Assembly (NCBI GenBank): GCA_965220965.1
Contig: OZ244852.1
Span: 1,504,001-1,568,000 of the forward strand
Direction: 5' to 3'
Length of the DNA: 64,000 nt
Source: Candidatus Marinacidobacterium sp.
GTDB taxonomy: Bacteria; Acidobacteriota; Vicinamibacteria; Marinacidobacterales; Marinacidobacteraceae
Positions 39,268 to 48,632 of the stretch are shown here, piece by piece (positions within the stretch are counted from its first letter, which is position 1; each line of letters opens with the position of its first letter). Both the position numbers and the translations under genes were made by a program. The notes beneath the pieces are model-generated. The model searched no databases and was not told the DNA's origin. It saw nothing but the letters and a program-made list of their open reading frames with translations.

Positions 39268-40226
39268 TGGGGAGGGGTGAAGCCGAGGATGCGCTTGCCC
39301 AGCGCGGATGCCACGAGGGCGACGGCGAGCTCGGCGGTCTGGTTCCGGAGATCGTGGATCGGGTTCACCTCGGCGATCTCGAGCGAGCGGAGGCCGCCGC
39401 TGGCCGCCGCCCGCTCCATGATCGTGTGCCCTTCCCGGTAACTCAATCCACCGGGTTCAGGCGTTCCGGTCCCTGGCGCAACGGTGGGATCGAGCGCATC
39501 CATGTCGAAGCTCAGATGGAACCCGTCGGTCCCGTCGAGGACGCGGGCCAACGCTTCCTCGGCGACCGGGCCGATCCCCCGCAGGTCGACCTCCTCCATG
39601 GTGTAGACCCGGACGCCCAGATCAGCGACGACCTGCGCCTCCGCCGGATCCACGCTGCGGACGCCGATGAGAGCCACATGCTCCGGACCAACCCGCGCCG
39701 TCCCGGGCGCGAAGCCCCCGATGCGGGTGAGAGCCCCGGGGCCGCGCCCGAGGATCGCGGCGACCGGCATGCCGTGCAGGTTGCCGCTCGGGCTCGTCTC
39801 CGGAGTGTTCGCGTCGGCGTGGGCATCCACCCAGATCAGGCCGAGCCGCTCCGTCCGGCCACCCGCGCCCCGCGACGGATCCCCCGCCCCGGCCATCCCG
39901 GACACCGTTCCAAGCCCGATCGAGTGATCACCGCCCAGAACGAGCGGAAACCGCCCGCGGTCACGGAACCCGCGCACGCGAGCGGCTAGTTCATCAAGAA
40001 CGGGCGCCACCTGATCCAGATACCGCGCATCGGGCGCGCCGAACCCGTCCAGCGACTCGGCAACCGGACACACGAGGTTGCCGGCGTCCTCCAGCTCCCG
40101 TTCCAGGTCGCGGACCCGATCCGCGAGTCCCGCCCGCCGCAGAGCGGACGGCCCCATGTCCACCCCTCGGAGCCCGGCCCCCAGGTCCAGCGGAACCCCG
40201 AGCACGCTGACCGGCTGCCCCGACAT
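39264..40226 (-). CDS. rocF: Arginase
   Basis: GGDHS, DAHADANT, SGNLHGMP, SFDMDALDP, EVNP. Confidence 0.93.
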   Translation of the reverse strand: MSGQPVSVLGVPLDLGAGLRGVDMGPSALRRAGLADRVRDLERELEDAGNLVCPVAESLDGFGAPDARYLDQVAPVLDELAARVRGFRDRGRFPLVLGGDHSIGLGTVSGMAGAGDPSRGAGGRTERLGLIWVDAHADANTPETSPSGNLHGMPVAAILGRGPGALTRIGGFAPGTARVGPEHVALIGVRSVDPAEAQVVADLGVRVYTMEEVDLRGIGPVAEEALARVLDGTDGFHLSFDMDALDPTVAPGTGTPEPGGLSYREGHTIMERAAASGGLRSLEIAEVNPIHDLRNQTAELAVALVASALGKRILGFTPPQ

Positions 40227-40336
40227 GGCTCGATCCTACTGCGGCTGGGAACCCCGGACGCATCGCCCGCAGCGTCACCATGTCGTTCTTCGCGCCGCCT
40301 CAGCCCGCAATCCTCCGCCACGCGGCGCGAGGCCGC

Positions 40337-40762
40337 TCACAGGAAAGGGAATCCTCCAGTCGTGGCCCGCACAGCCTGCACCGCCTGCTCGAGACTCCCC
40401 GCACCGGAAAGGCGTGAGCGACCCGGATGGCCAGCTTCCGTTCCCCCCACGAGGGCGAAGTGCACTCGGCCATCCGAACGGAAATCCATCCCGAGCCGCC
40501 CCACCGTCGCATCCAGCCATTCCACCATGAGCTGGCCATCTCCGTCGGCCACGATGCCGGGCGACTGGACTCGATAGCTCGTCAGAAACCGACACAGGGT
40601 CTCGACGGAGCCGAGGGAGATCTCGTCGTCGTCCGGGTCGTCGCGAAGCCTGCCCGCCAGATCCCGAATCCGCTCACCTACGCCGCCTGGCAGACCCGAG
40701 AAGCGTCCCAGAACCTCGTCGAGTGCGCTGTCGCTCGGCTCCTTGACGTTGGTCCAGACCAC
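40337..40762 (-). CDS. Hypothetical protein
   Basis: 141-aa ORF with globular-looking PGIVADGDGQLMVEW..LGMDFRSDGRVHFA segment; start uncertain. Confidence 0.55.
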   Translation of the reverse strand: MVWTNVKEPSDSALDEVLGRFSGLPGGVGERIRDLAGRLRDDPDDDEISLGSVETLCRFLTSYRVQSPGIVADGDGQLMVEWLDATVGRLGMDFRSDGRVHFALVGGTEAGHPGRSRLSGAGSLEQAVQAVRATTGGFPFL

Positions 40763-40841
40763 TTCGGTCTCGCTGTTGCCCGGTCAGCGTGGAAGCCGAG
40801 TCGAGGTCGTTCCGGCGCGTACTCCTTCGAGCTCGCGTCAA

Positions 40842-41414
40842 TCAGGAGGGAATTCGACCGCCCGCCCCATACACGCAGCCGCGAAGGTCCTGGATGATGG
40901 CCTTCTTGGCTTCCATCTTCCACCCTCTCCCGGACGGATGTCGAGCCCAGCAAACGTGACGGCCCTCGAAGCAGGGATGTGTGCTCAGATGTCCGCTGAG
41001 TCGCCTGCTGAGAACCAGGATCACTTCCGGACGGAGGTCCGCCATGACGTCACGAAAGGGCGCATCCGCTTCTCGCCAGTGCTGCGCCCGAGGGGCCACG
41101 CGGGGCCCATCTCCCATGAGGCTCTGGAAATAGTTGTAGAACGCAACATCGCCCCAGACGTCAGAGCGAGACGCTCCATCTAATTCCCTGCGATCCGCGA
41201 TCCCGAGCATTAGCATCGAAGCTCCGGTAAAGAAGCGATGTAGTCGTGACCGATACTTCTGGACGACGTCGCTCGTCGTGAAGTTGGAATCAGTTCCATA
41301 ATGAGACTCCCCGAGCACTAGGAGTCGTATTCCGAAGCGGCTCTGGCGGCCATACCGCTCGCCGCGCCAGGGCGGGAATGGGACGTGGGTTCGAGTGTTT
41401 TGGTCAGTGGACAA
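40842..41414 (-). CDS. Divergent uracil-DNA glycosylase superfamily protein
   Basis: LLVLGESHY, VAFYNY, RPEVILVL, HPS motifs; AAGGAGG SD and CATACT -10 upstream. Confidence 0.7.
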   Translation of the reverse strand: MSTDQNTRTHVPFPPWRGERYGRQSRFGIRLLVLGESHYGTDSNFTTSDVVQKYRSRLHRFFTGASMLMLGIADRRELDGASRSDVWGDVAFYNYFQSLMGDGPRVAPRAQHWREADAPFRDVMADLRPEVILVLSRRLSGHLSTHPCFEGRHVCWARHPSGRGWKMEAKKAIIQDLRGCVYGAGGRIPS

Positions 41415-41592
41415 CGGATGACCTCCTTGGTCGTTCTATCGGTAGACCCACCCGGCATGCGCGAGTATGCCTCGCTTCGCCGCCAGCCTACTCCACGAGC
41501 GCCTTGAACGCCGCGTGCGCGGCGTTCGAATCGAACTCGACGCTGATTCGCGTCCAGAGGTTGGCCGGCAGGCCGAACAGCTCCTTTCTCGC

Positions 41593-41841
41593 TCAGATCG
41601 GCATCAGCAGCTCCACGGCGAGCTCGGGGATCTCGCCCGGCCTTGGGAGCCCCTCCACCGAGCCCCCGAGGTTCAGCGCGCCGACCAGGATGGCCCCACC
41701 GCAGACGCTCCGCTCCACAGGCCCCCAACGAAAGCGCCAAGTGCCGACAGTCCGAGTCCTGTCCCCCGCGGCGTTGAACTCAGGCGCGCTCTTCTCTCCG
41801 AGCTGGATCTCGCTGAGCAGCGCCCGCGCGGTGCTATTCAT
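41593..41841 (-). pseudogene. Degenerate AlbA_2/Schlafen-like N-terminal fragment
   Basis: LLSEIQLGEKSAPEF..GGAILVG..VEGL resembles the IxxGExxxxEFK..GGxLxxGV pattern; short and lacks the conserved K and AFAN. Confidence 0.45.
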
Positions 41842-42643
41842 CGTCGCCGTCCGGCGAGGGATCCGCAGGCCGGAGATCGAGCGTCACCCTGACCCAGGCA
41901 CCCTCCCGGTTCTCCTCGATCAGCGGTTCCCTGCCGTTGGATTCCTGCATCGCGCGCTTGATGGACAGCCAGCCCTGGCCGCGCCTCCTCATCAGCCCCA
42001 TGCCCACGGCGTAATTCGTCATGTCGATGTTCCGGAGACGTGAGCCCGCTCCCGCCCGGACGCGGTGGAGAGTCATGTGCCGGGGAACGACACCGGGGCT
42101 CGTGACCTCGATCCGGTTCCGGAAGACATCCACTTCAACGGACGATGCTGTGAGTGCGTAGTCCCGGTGGAACACCGCATTCACGACGGCCTCCCGAAGC
42201 GCCATGACCGGCAGCACATCGCCAGCGGCGTGTCGCGGATCGAAGAGGTCCGCTCGCTCAGCCAGGCGCTCCAGCCAGTCCATCGTCCCGGTGACCTGCT
42301 CGTCCAGCCGCCCGCCCGCCTCCATCGCGAGAAGTACGCCGGACTCCCGGCTCTCGCCACGGTACGCGGTGTTCCGGACGAGAAACCTCCGCGTCTCAGG
42401 GAATCCCTGTGGTTCGCGGCCGAACGCGAGGACCCCGAAGACGGTCGGCCCGTGTGTCCCGAAGAACTCTCCCGTGACTCCCAGGTTCTCGTAGTCCTCC
42501 AGCAGGGGAGGTTGCTCAATTCGTATGCCAGTCAGACCCCTTCGCTCCAGATAGTCCCGAAAACAATCCTCGTCGAGGTCCTTCACTCGCGCACCGTAGA
42601 TCGTCGCGTCCTCCGAGAAGGGAGGAGCGGGCCCGATCATCAC
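41834..42643 (-). CDS. HATPase_c_4 (RecG C-terminal-like) ATP-binding protein lacking N-terminal AlbA domain
   Basis: PTVFGVLAFG..PQ, ALREAVVNAVFHRDY, RIEVTSPG, RN, RGQG; GAGGAGG SD. Confidence 0.75.
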   Translation of the reverse strand: MMIGPAPPFSEDATIYGARVKDLDEDCFRDYLERRGLTGIRIEQPPLLEDYENLGVTGEFFGTHGPTVFGVLAFGREPQGFPETRRFLVRNTAYRGESRESGVLLAMEAGGRLDEQVTGTMDWLERLAERADLFDPRHAAGDVLPVMALREAVVNAVFHRDYALTASSVEVDVFRNRIEVTSPGVVPRHMTLHRVRAGAGSRLRNIDMTNYAVGMGLMRRRGQGWLSIKRAMQESNGREPLIEENREGAWVRVTLDLRPADPSPDGDDE

Positions 42644-42918
42644 CGCCTCCTCCTCCCCCCTCCAACGAATATGGGAAGGGGGCACGGCGTTCAGGTGATG
42701 GCCAGGTTCGCGAGCTGGCCGGCTGGGCCTCGTCCGGCGTTCGTCCGGCTGGCGGTCGTTCGGACGAGCGGAATCGATTTCAGCGACGCCCGGAGGGCCG
42801 GCGCCCTTCCGTTCGCCACCGCCAATACATGAACTGAACCTGGAGCACTCCTCGAGGGACGGTAACTCACAAGTGGTTCGATGCGGGGCTCGGCGCGCGG
42901 GCTACGCTCCGGGGCGCG

Positions 42919-44796
42919 ATGCCCTACCGGTCGCTGGCGGAGGCGGTTTCCGACCTGGAACGTCACCGGATGCTCGTTCGGGTTTCCGAGGAGGTCTCCG
43001 GTCATCTCGAGGTCGCCGAGGTGCAGCGGCGCGTCTATGCGGCGAAGGGTCCCGCCGTGCTCTTCGAGCGGGTCACCGGCTCTGCGTTTCCCTGCGTCTC
43101 GAATCTGTTCGGGACGCCGGAGCGGGCTCGCTTTCTGTTGCGCCACGGGCTGGAGGCGGCGAAGGCCGCCGTCCGCTACCGGGCCGCGCCGGGTCGGCTC
43201 TTCCAGGACCTCCTGCGCGAACCGCGGACGCCGCTGCGCGCGGCTTCGGCCGGGATCAATTCCCTGCCCCGGCGGGTCCGCCGACCGGCGAGCCAGGCCC
43301 GCCAGCTTTCGCTTGCGGAGGTTCCTCGCATCACCTCGTGGCCGGATGACGGCGGCCCGTTCATCACGCTGCCGCAGGTCTTCACCGAGCCTCCCGACCC
43401 CCGGCCCGGGCCGCTCGGCGCGCCGCTCTCCTCGAACGTCGGGATGTACCGGATCCAGCTCGCCGGGAACGAATACGGCCCCGACGAGGCCGGGATGCAC
43501 TACCAGCTCCACCGCGGCATCGGGATCCACCACACCGAGGCGGAGCGGCGCGGTGAGGCGATGCGGGTCAGCATCTTCGTGGGGGGGCCGCCGGCGCACA
43601 CCCTCGCGGCGGTCATGCCGCTGCCCGAGGGGCTCAGCGAGCTCCTGTTCGCCGGAATGCTCGCCGGGAGGCGGTTCGGCTGGAACCGGCGCGAGGACGG
43701 GTTCGTGGTCTCGGCCGACGCCGACTTCACGATCACCGGGTTCGTCGAGCCGGGCCGGACGCTGCCCGAGGGTCCGTTCGGCGATCACCTCGGCTACTAC
43801 AGCCTGACCCATCCCTTCCCGGTGCTGCGCGTCACGCGGGTGACCCACCGCCAGGGAGCGGTCTGGCCCTTCACCGTCGTCGGGCGGCCGCCCCAGGAGG
43901 ACACGACCTTCGGGCAGCTCATCCACGAGATCACCGAGCCCATGGTCCCGACGACGCTGCCCGGCGTCCACTCGGTCCACGCGGTGGACGCCGCCGGGGT
44001 GCACCCCCTGCTGTTCGCAGTGGGCAGCGAGCGCTACTCGCCCTTCACCGGGCGGCGGCCGCAGGAGCTGTGGACCATCGCCAACGCGATCCTCGGCTTC
44101 GGGCAGTGCTCGCTGGCGAAGTACCTGTTCATCGCGGCGCGGGAGGACGACCCCGACCTTCGGGCCGGCGATGTGGCCGGCATGCTGGATCACGTCCTCC
44201 GCCGGGCGGATCTCGCGAGTGACCTCCACTTCCAGACCCGGACCACGATCGACACGCTCGACTACTCGGGGGAGGGGCTGAACGCCGGCTCGAAGCTCGT
44301 CATCGCCGGGGCCGGTCCGGAGCGCCGGAAACTCGTTTCCCGGGCGCCCGGGCCGGTGGCGGCGGGCCTTCCCGCCGGATTCGGGGGGCTCGCCTCGGTC
44401 CTCCCCGGCGTCTTCGTCCTCGGTGGGCCCGGCTTCTCCTCCTACGACGCGGTGGATTCGGATCTCGCGCCGCTGTGGGAAGCGCTCGACGCCGCCGAGC
44501 GCGGGGGCGCGGACCTCACCGGCATGCCGCTGGTCGTGCTGTGCGACGACCCGGCGTTCGCCGCCGAGAGCCTGCGGAACTTCCTGTGGGTCACGTTCAC
44601 CCGCTCGAATCCCTCACACGATGTCCACGGCCGGCGGGCGCGGATCCGCCACAAGCACTGGAGCGCGGTGGAGCCGGTCCTGATCGATGCGCGGCTCAAG
44701 CCGCACCACGCCCCGCCGCTGATCGAGGACCCGGAGGTCAACCGCCGGGTCGACGCGCTCGCCGCTCCCGGCCGTCCCCTCCACGGAGTGATCTGA
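42919..44796 (+). CDS. UbiD-family prFMN decarboxylase
   Basis: SNLFGT, DGGPFITLP, NVGMYR, EGPFGDHLGYYS, VGRPPQED, DTLDYS. Confidence 0.92.
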   Translation: MPYRSLAEAVSDLERHRMLVRVSEEVSGHLEVAEVQRRVYAAKGPAVLFERVTGSAFPCVSNLFGTPERARFLLRHGLEAAKAAVRYRAAPGRLFQDLLREPRTPLRAASAGINSLPRRVRRPASQARQLSLAEVPRITSWPDDGGPFITLPQVFTEPPDPRPGPLGAPLSSNVGMYRIQLAGNEYGPDEAGMHYQLHRGIGIHHTEAERRGEAMRVSIFVGGPPAHTLAAVMPLPEGLSELLFAGMLAGRRFGWNRREDGFVVSADADFTITGFVEPGRTLPEGPFGDHLGYYSLTHPFPVLRVTRVTHRQGAVWPFTVVGRPPQEDTTFGQLIHEITEPMVPTTLPGVHSVHAVDAAGVHPLLFAVGSERYSPFTGRRPQELWTIANAILGFGQCSLAKYLFIAAREDDPDLRAGDVAGMLDHVLRRADLASDLHFQTRTTIDTLDYSGEGLNAGSKLVIAGAGPERRKLVSRAPGPVAAGLPAGFGGLASVLPGVFVLGGPGFSSYDAVDSDLAPLWEALDAAERGGADLTGMPLVVLCDDPAFAAESLRNFLWVTFTRSNPSHDVHGRRARIRHKHWSAVEPVLIDARLKPHHAPPLIEDPEVNRRVDALAAPGRPLHGVI

Positions 44797-44841
44797 CCGG
44801 CGAGTGCGGGGCAGTGCGGCCCCGCCGCCAACGCGTGATTC

Positions 44842-47064
44842 TTACGGAGCTTCTCCGAGGTTCCAGACGATGGTTCCCACCACGATCCGCCCGGGGGCGA
44901 GCACGGCCCGCGCATCGGCGCTGATCGGGTAGGCGGCGTTCAGCAGGTTCCGGCCGGAGACGCGCAGTTCCGCGCCCTCGCTGAGCGGGACCCCGACCGC
45001 GGCGTCCACCCGGGCGTAGGCGTCCATCTCGGTTTCGGTGGGGCCGGGTTCGCCGTCGGCGGCGAAGGCGTGGACCACGAGTTCGGCGAAGGCCCGCTCG
45101 CGCAGGATTCGCCGGAGGCCGGCGCGAACGCTCGCGGGAGGCACGCCGTCGAGCGCGTCGCCATTCCCGGCGACGCCGGTGGCGAGCGATGCCCCGAGGT
45201 CGAGCCCGAATCTCCCGCCGGAGCCCTCGAGCTGCATCTCGAACTCGAGGCCCGAAAGGAGCGCCTCGCCCCGGTTCCGGAAGTGGTAGCGGTCCACGCC
45301 CATCTCGTAGCGCTCGACCAGATCGCGGATCCGGTAGCGGTAGGCGTGGAACCCGAGCCGGGCGGCGCCCTGGACGATCCGGAAGGAGACATCGGACTGC
45401 AGCGAGCGTTCCGGGCGGAGGTCCGGGTTCCCGAAGGCCGCGCCGCGGCCGCTGACGCCGGTGTAGTAGCGGTCGGAGAGCGTCGGATCCCGGAAACCGC
45501 GGGAGAGCTGCCCGGTGAGCGACCCGCCCCGGAAGATGTCGGCCCGCAGCGCCACGAACCCGCTCAGCGCCCCGTGCTCGGTGCGGTGCGGCGAGCGCGC
45601 CTCCGACGGACCCGAGCGGGTGGCGACGCCGGCGAGGCGAACGCCGCCGCTGCCGGAGAGCGCGTTGTGGAAGCGGTTCTCGGCGTGCGCGTAGAGCGAG
45701 AGCTCCTCCCGGTGCGCGCCGTCGAGAAGCGACCGGAACACCGGTCGGCCGTCCTCGCCCGGATGGATTTCCGGGCCGGGGAAGAGGGGGAACGCCTCGT
45801 TCCCGGAGAGCCGCGTCGAGGAGCCGAGGCCGAAGCGCGACAGGAACTCGAGCCCGAGTTCGAGGCGTCCCTCGCCCAGCGGCCGGACGCCGCGCGTCCG
45901 GAACATGAAGTCGCGCGCCTCGACCTCGGAGTCGGCGACGGAAGAGCCCACCGGGTCACCCGACTCGCGGCGGGTCACGAGGCGCTGCGCGCCGAGGAAC
46001 ATCGTGGCGTCCAGCCGCGCGAACCCCCACCGGGGCAGCAACTGATAGTCGGCCACCAGCCGGGTCGAGTCCTCCACCGGATACGACGTGCGCGAGGGCG
46101 TGAGCCGGGGCCGGCCGACATTCCGCCCGGCGTCCACCTGGACCGAGGTCGCGAGGACGCCGCCCGCGACATCACGGACTCCCCGGAGCAGGAACCCGTA
46201 GTCCTCGGCGCCCGAACCGGCGACCACGCCCTCCGGGCTGCGGTAATCGGAGAACACCCGGCGGCGCGCCTGCGCCAGCAGGCCGGTCCCGAGGGCGGAG
46301 CCGGACGCCTCGACCCCGAAACTGGTCTCCGGCAGGCCCGTCCCCAGCGTCCCCCGGAACCGGGCGGCGAAGGGATCGTCGGGCGATGGCCGGCGGGTCC
46401 GCGCGTGGATCACGCCGCCGAAGGCGTCGGAGCCGTAGGCCACCGGCGATGGCCCCCGCACGACCTCGACCGCCTCGAGGAAGAACGGGTCGAGGAACGT
46501 GGCGCTCGGCCCGGCCCGGCGCTCGGTCACGATCCGCGCCCCGTCGAGGAGCAGCACCGTCCGTCCCCGGGAGAGACCGCGGATCGAGGGGACGCCGGCG
46601 TGGAGGTCGCTGCTCCGCCCGCCACCGGGAACCGCTTCGAGCACATCGGTCAGCCGGGGCGCCTGGCGGGTGCGGATGGACTCTCCCCGGATAACCGCCG
46701 GGGCGCTCCCCGGCGTGGCTTCGGTGTGGGGAACGGCCCCGCTGGTGACCGTCACCGTCTCGGTCAGCGCCAGCGGCTCCACCCGGATCTCGGACGCGTC
46801 CTCGAGCGACTCGAGGAAGACGGGTGCGGTGTATCGCTCCCCGGGGAGCACGACGAGCACGTGGAAGGGGGGCGCCGGCGCGGGCGTCCACTCGAACCGG
46901 CCGTCGGCGTCGGTCGTGGCCGACCCCGGGACCCCCAGCACCTGGACGATGGCGCCGACCGCCGGCTCGCCATCGGGAAGCAGGACCCGCCCCTCGAACG
47001 CCGCCGCCGGGACGGCGAGGAGGACCGCGGCGCTCAGACCGGGGAGCAGTCGCCGCGCGCTCAT
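44842..47064 (-). CDS. TonB-dependent receptor
   Basis: Signal peptide, ETVTVT TonB box, SIRG, VEVVRGP..YGSDAFGGVI, GNPDLRPE, NLLN..Y..PGR. Confidence 0.88.
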   Translation of the reverse strand: MSARRLLPGLSAAVLLAVPAAAFEGRVLLPDGEPAVGAIVQVLGVPGSATTDADGRFEWTPAPAPPFHVLVVLPGERYTAPVFLESLEDASEIRVEPLALTETVTVTSGAVPHTEATPGSAPAVIRGESIRTRQAPRLTDVLEAVPGGGRSSDLHAGVPSIRGLSRGRTVLLLDGARIVTERRAGPSATFLDPFFLEAVEVVRGPSPVAYGSDAFGGVIHARTRRPSPDDPFAARFRGTLGTGLPETSFGVEASGSALGTGLLAQARRRVFSDYRSPEGVVAGSGAEDYGFLLRGVRDVAGGVLATSVQVDAGRNVGRPRLTPSRTSYPVEDSTRLVADYQLLPRWGFARLDATMFLGAQRLVTRRESGDPVGSSVADSEVEARDFMFRTRGVRPLGEGRLELGLEFLSRFGLGSSTRLSGNEAFPLFPGPEIHPGEDGRPVFRSLLDGAHREELSLYAHAENRFHNALSGSGGVRLAGVATRSGPSEARSPHRTEHGALSGFVALRADIFRGGSLTGQLSRGFRDPTLSDRYYTGVSGRGAAFGNPDLRPERSLQSDVSFRIVQGAARLGFHAYRYRIRDLVERYEMGVDRYHFRNRGEALLSGLEFEMQLEGSGGRFGLDLGASLATGVAGNGDALDGVPPASVRAGLRRILRERAFAELVVHAFAADGEPGPTETEMDAYARVDAAVGVPLSEGAELRVSGRNLLNAAYPISADARAVLAPGRIVVGTIVWNLGEAP

Positions 47065-47096
47065 GCCCGTGAATCTAGCCGCCGAAACCGTTCTCC

Positions 47097-48632
47097 CTAC
47101 TTCCTGCCTCGGGCTACCGCAAAGGCGGCGCCGAAGAGACCCGAGATCACCGCCAGCACGACGACGCCTCCGACCTGCACCCAGTCCTCGAAGGCCGCCG
47201 GGTTCAGCAGCGGCGCGAGCCCGGCGGTGATCCGGAAACCGGCCTCCGGTTCGAGCCGCATCGCCTTGAGCGCCCCGAGGCCTACCGCGAAGGCGAACAC
47301 AACGCCGCCGCCGAGGAACGCCGAGACCGCGAACCGGCGCCAGATCCCGGCGGTGAGCGTGACAACGGCCGACTCGGCCGAGCCCCCGAGCCGGATCTTC
47401 GGATCGCGGACCCCGATCGGCGAGAAGCGATGGAGGAGGACGAGCCCGGGAATGCCCATCGCCATCGTCGATAGGAAGAAGGTTCGCCAGCCGATGGCGT
47501 CCACCGCGAACCCGCTGAACGGCCCGGCGAGCAGGCGGGGCAGCGCGAAGAGCCCCGAGAACAGCGCGTACTGGGTCGCGGAGAACCGCTTTTCGGTGAT
47601 GCGCAGCAGGAGCACCGAGAACGCTCCGGTGCCGAGCCCGCCGCTCAGCAGCTCGAATGCGGAGGCCCCGTACATCCAGGCGAGGCTCCCCTCGGCGCTG
47701 GCGACGAAGAAATACCCGAGGTTCGAGAAGACCTGGAGCGCCCCGAAGATCCAAAGCGCCGGCCCCAGCCCGACGAGGGTCGTGAACACGCCGCCGGCGA
47801 AGGTGCCGACAAGGGTGGCGGCGAGGCCGACGGTCCCGAGGGCGATGCCGCGGTGCGCCGCGGTGTAGCCCATGTCGATGAGAAACGGGCGGGTAAGCGC
47901 CTGGGCGAGGTTGTCGGCGAACTTGTAGAAGAAGACGAACGCGAGGATCTCGAAGGCCCGCGGACGCGAGAGCGCCTCGAGGAACGGCTTCCACACCGCG
48001 TCGCGGAGCGTCCTCGGCGGGATGAGCCGCTCCTCGGGCTCGGGTGAGCGCCAGGTGATGAGCAGCAGCGGCAGGTAGATGAGGCCGAGGAAGATGTTCA
48101 CCACGCCCCAGCCGAAGACCGCCGCGAGGCTGATCGCGCCGCCCCCGGCGACGAGCATCGCGGCGCGGTAGACCGCGACCCGCGCCCCGACGGCCACCCC
48201 GTGCTCCTCGGGACGCAGCACCTCGACCGCGTAGGCGTCGAGGGCGATGTCCTGCGACGCCGAGGCGATCGCCACCGCGAGGGCGAGCGCCGCCACCACC
48301 CAGATCGCCTCCGGATGGTCCCCGACTCCGCCGAGGAGCACGCCGAGCACGAGGAGCCCGACCTGGCAGACCGCGATCCAGCCGCGCCTTCGACCCCAGA
48401 ACCCGGGGATGTAGCGGTCCATGAACGGCGACCACAGGACCTTGAAGGCCCACGGGATCTGGGCGAGGTTGAACAGACCCACGATCCGGATGTCGACGCC
48501 CACGTCGCGCATCCAGTCCGGGATCGCGTACCAGACGAGCCCGAGAGGCAGCCCCGAGGAGAACGAGAGGAGCGAGACCGAGAGCGTTCGCCCCGAGCGC
48601 GCCGCCGCCAGCAGCGAGCGAAGACCCGTCAT
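47097..48632 (-). CDS. ampG: AmpG-family muropeptide MFS permease
   Basis: FSSGLP, KVLWSPFMD, GRRRGW, SASQDIALDAY, SATQYAL. Confidence 0.88.
   Translation of the reverse strand: MTGLRSLLAAARSGRTLSVSLLSFSSGLPLGLVWYAIPDWMRDVGVDIRIVGLFNLAQIPWAFKVLWSPFMDRYIPGFWGRRRGWIAVCQVGLLVLGVLLGGVGDHPEAIWVVAALALAVAIASASQDIALDAYAVEVLRPEEHGVAVGARVAVYRAAMLVAGGGAISLAAVFGWGVVNIFLGLIYLPLLLITWRSPEPEERLIPPRTLRDAVWKPFLEALSRPRAFEILAFVFFYKFADNLAQALTRPFLIDMGYTAAHRGIALGTVGLAATLVGTFAGGVFTTLVGLGPALWIFGALQVFSNLGYFFVASAEGSLAWMYGASAFELLSGGLGTGAFSVLLLRITEKRFSATQYALFSGLFALPRLLAGPFSGFAVDAIGWRTFFLSTMAMGIPGLVLLHRFSPIGVRDPKIRLGGSAESAVVTLTAGIWRRFAVSAFLGGGVVFAFAVGLGALKAMRLEPEAGFRITAGLAPLLNPAAFEDWVQVGGVVVLAVISGLFGAAFAVARGRK

Noticed and set aside
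41385-41540. GGTTCGAG / GTTCGAATC T-loop-like words suggesting a tRNA or att site
   Set aside because: No cloverleaf or acceptor stem can be built; no integrase nearby
41593-41595. In-frame TGA followed by 34 open codons as possible selenocysteine or readthrough
   Set aside because: No convincing SECIS hairpin or redox motif; pseudogene decay is simpler
42690-42830. Run of three GC hairpins and a short AVANGR peptide hinting at the missing AlbA domain
   Set aside because: Too short, out of frame with the HATPase gene, and compatible with chance at this GC content
16804-48453. Apparent long N-terminal extensions of glyS, leuS, fabG, the AAA ATPase and the TonB receptor
   Set aside because: Extensions are off-frame readings of upstream genes; internal starts with stop/start overlaps, SD or -10 boxes fit better
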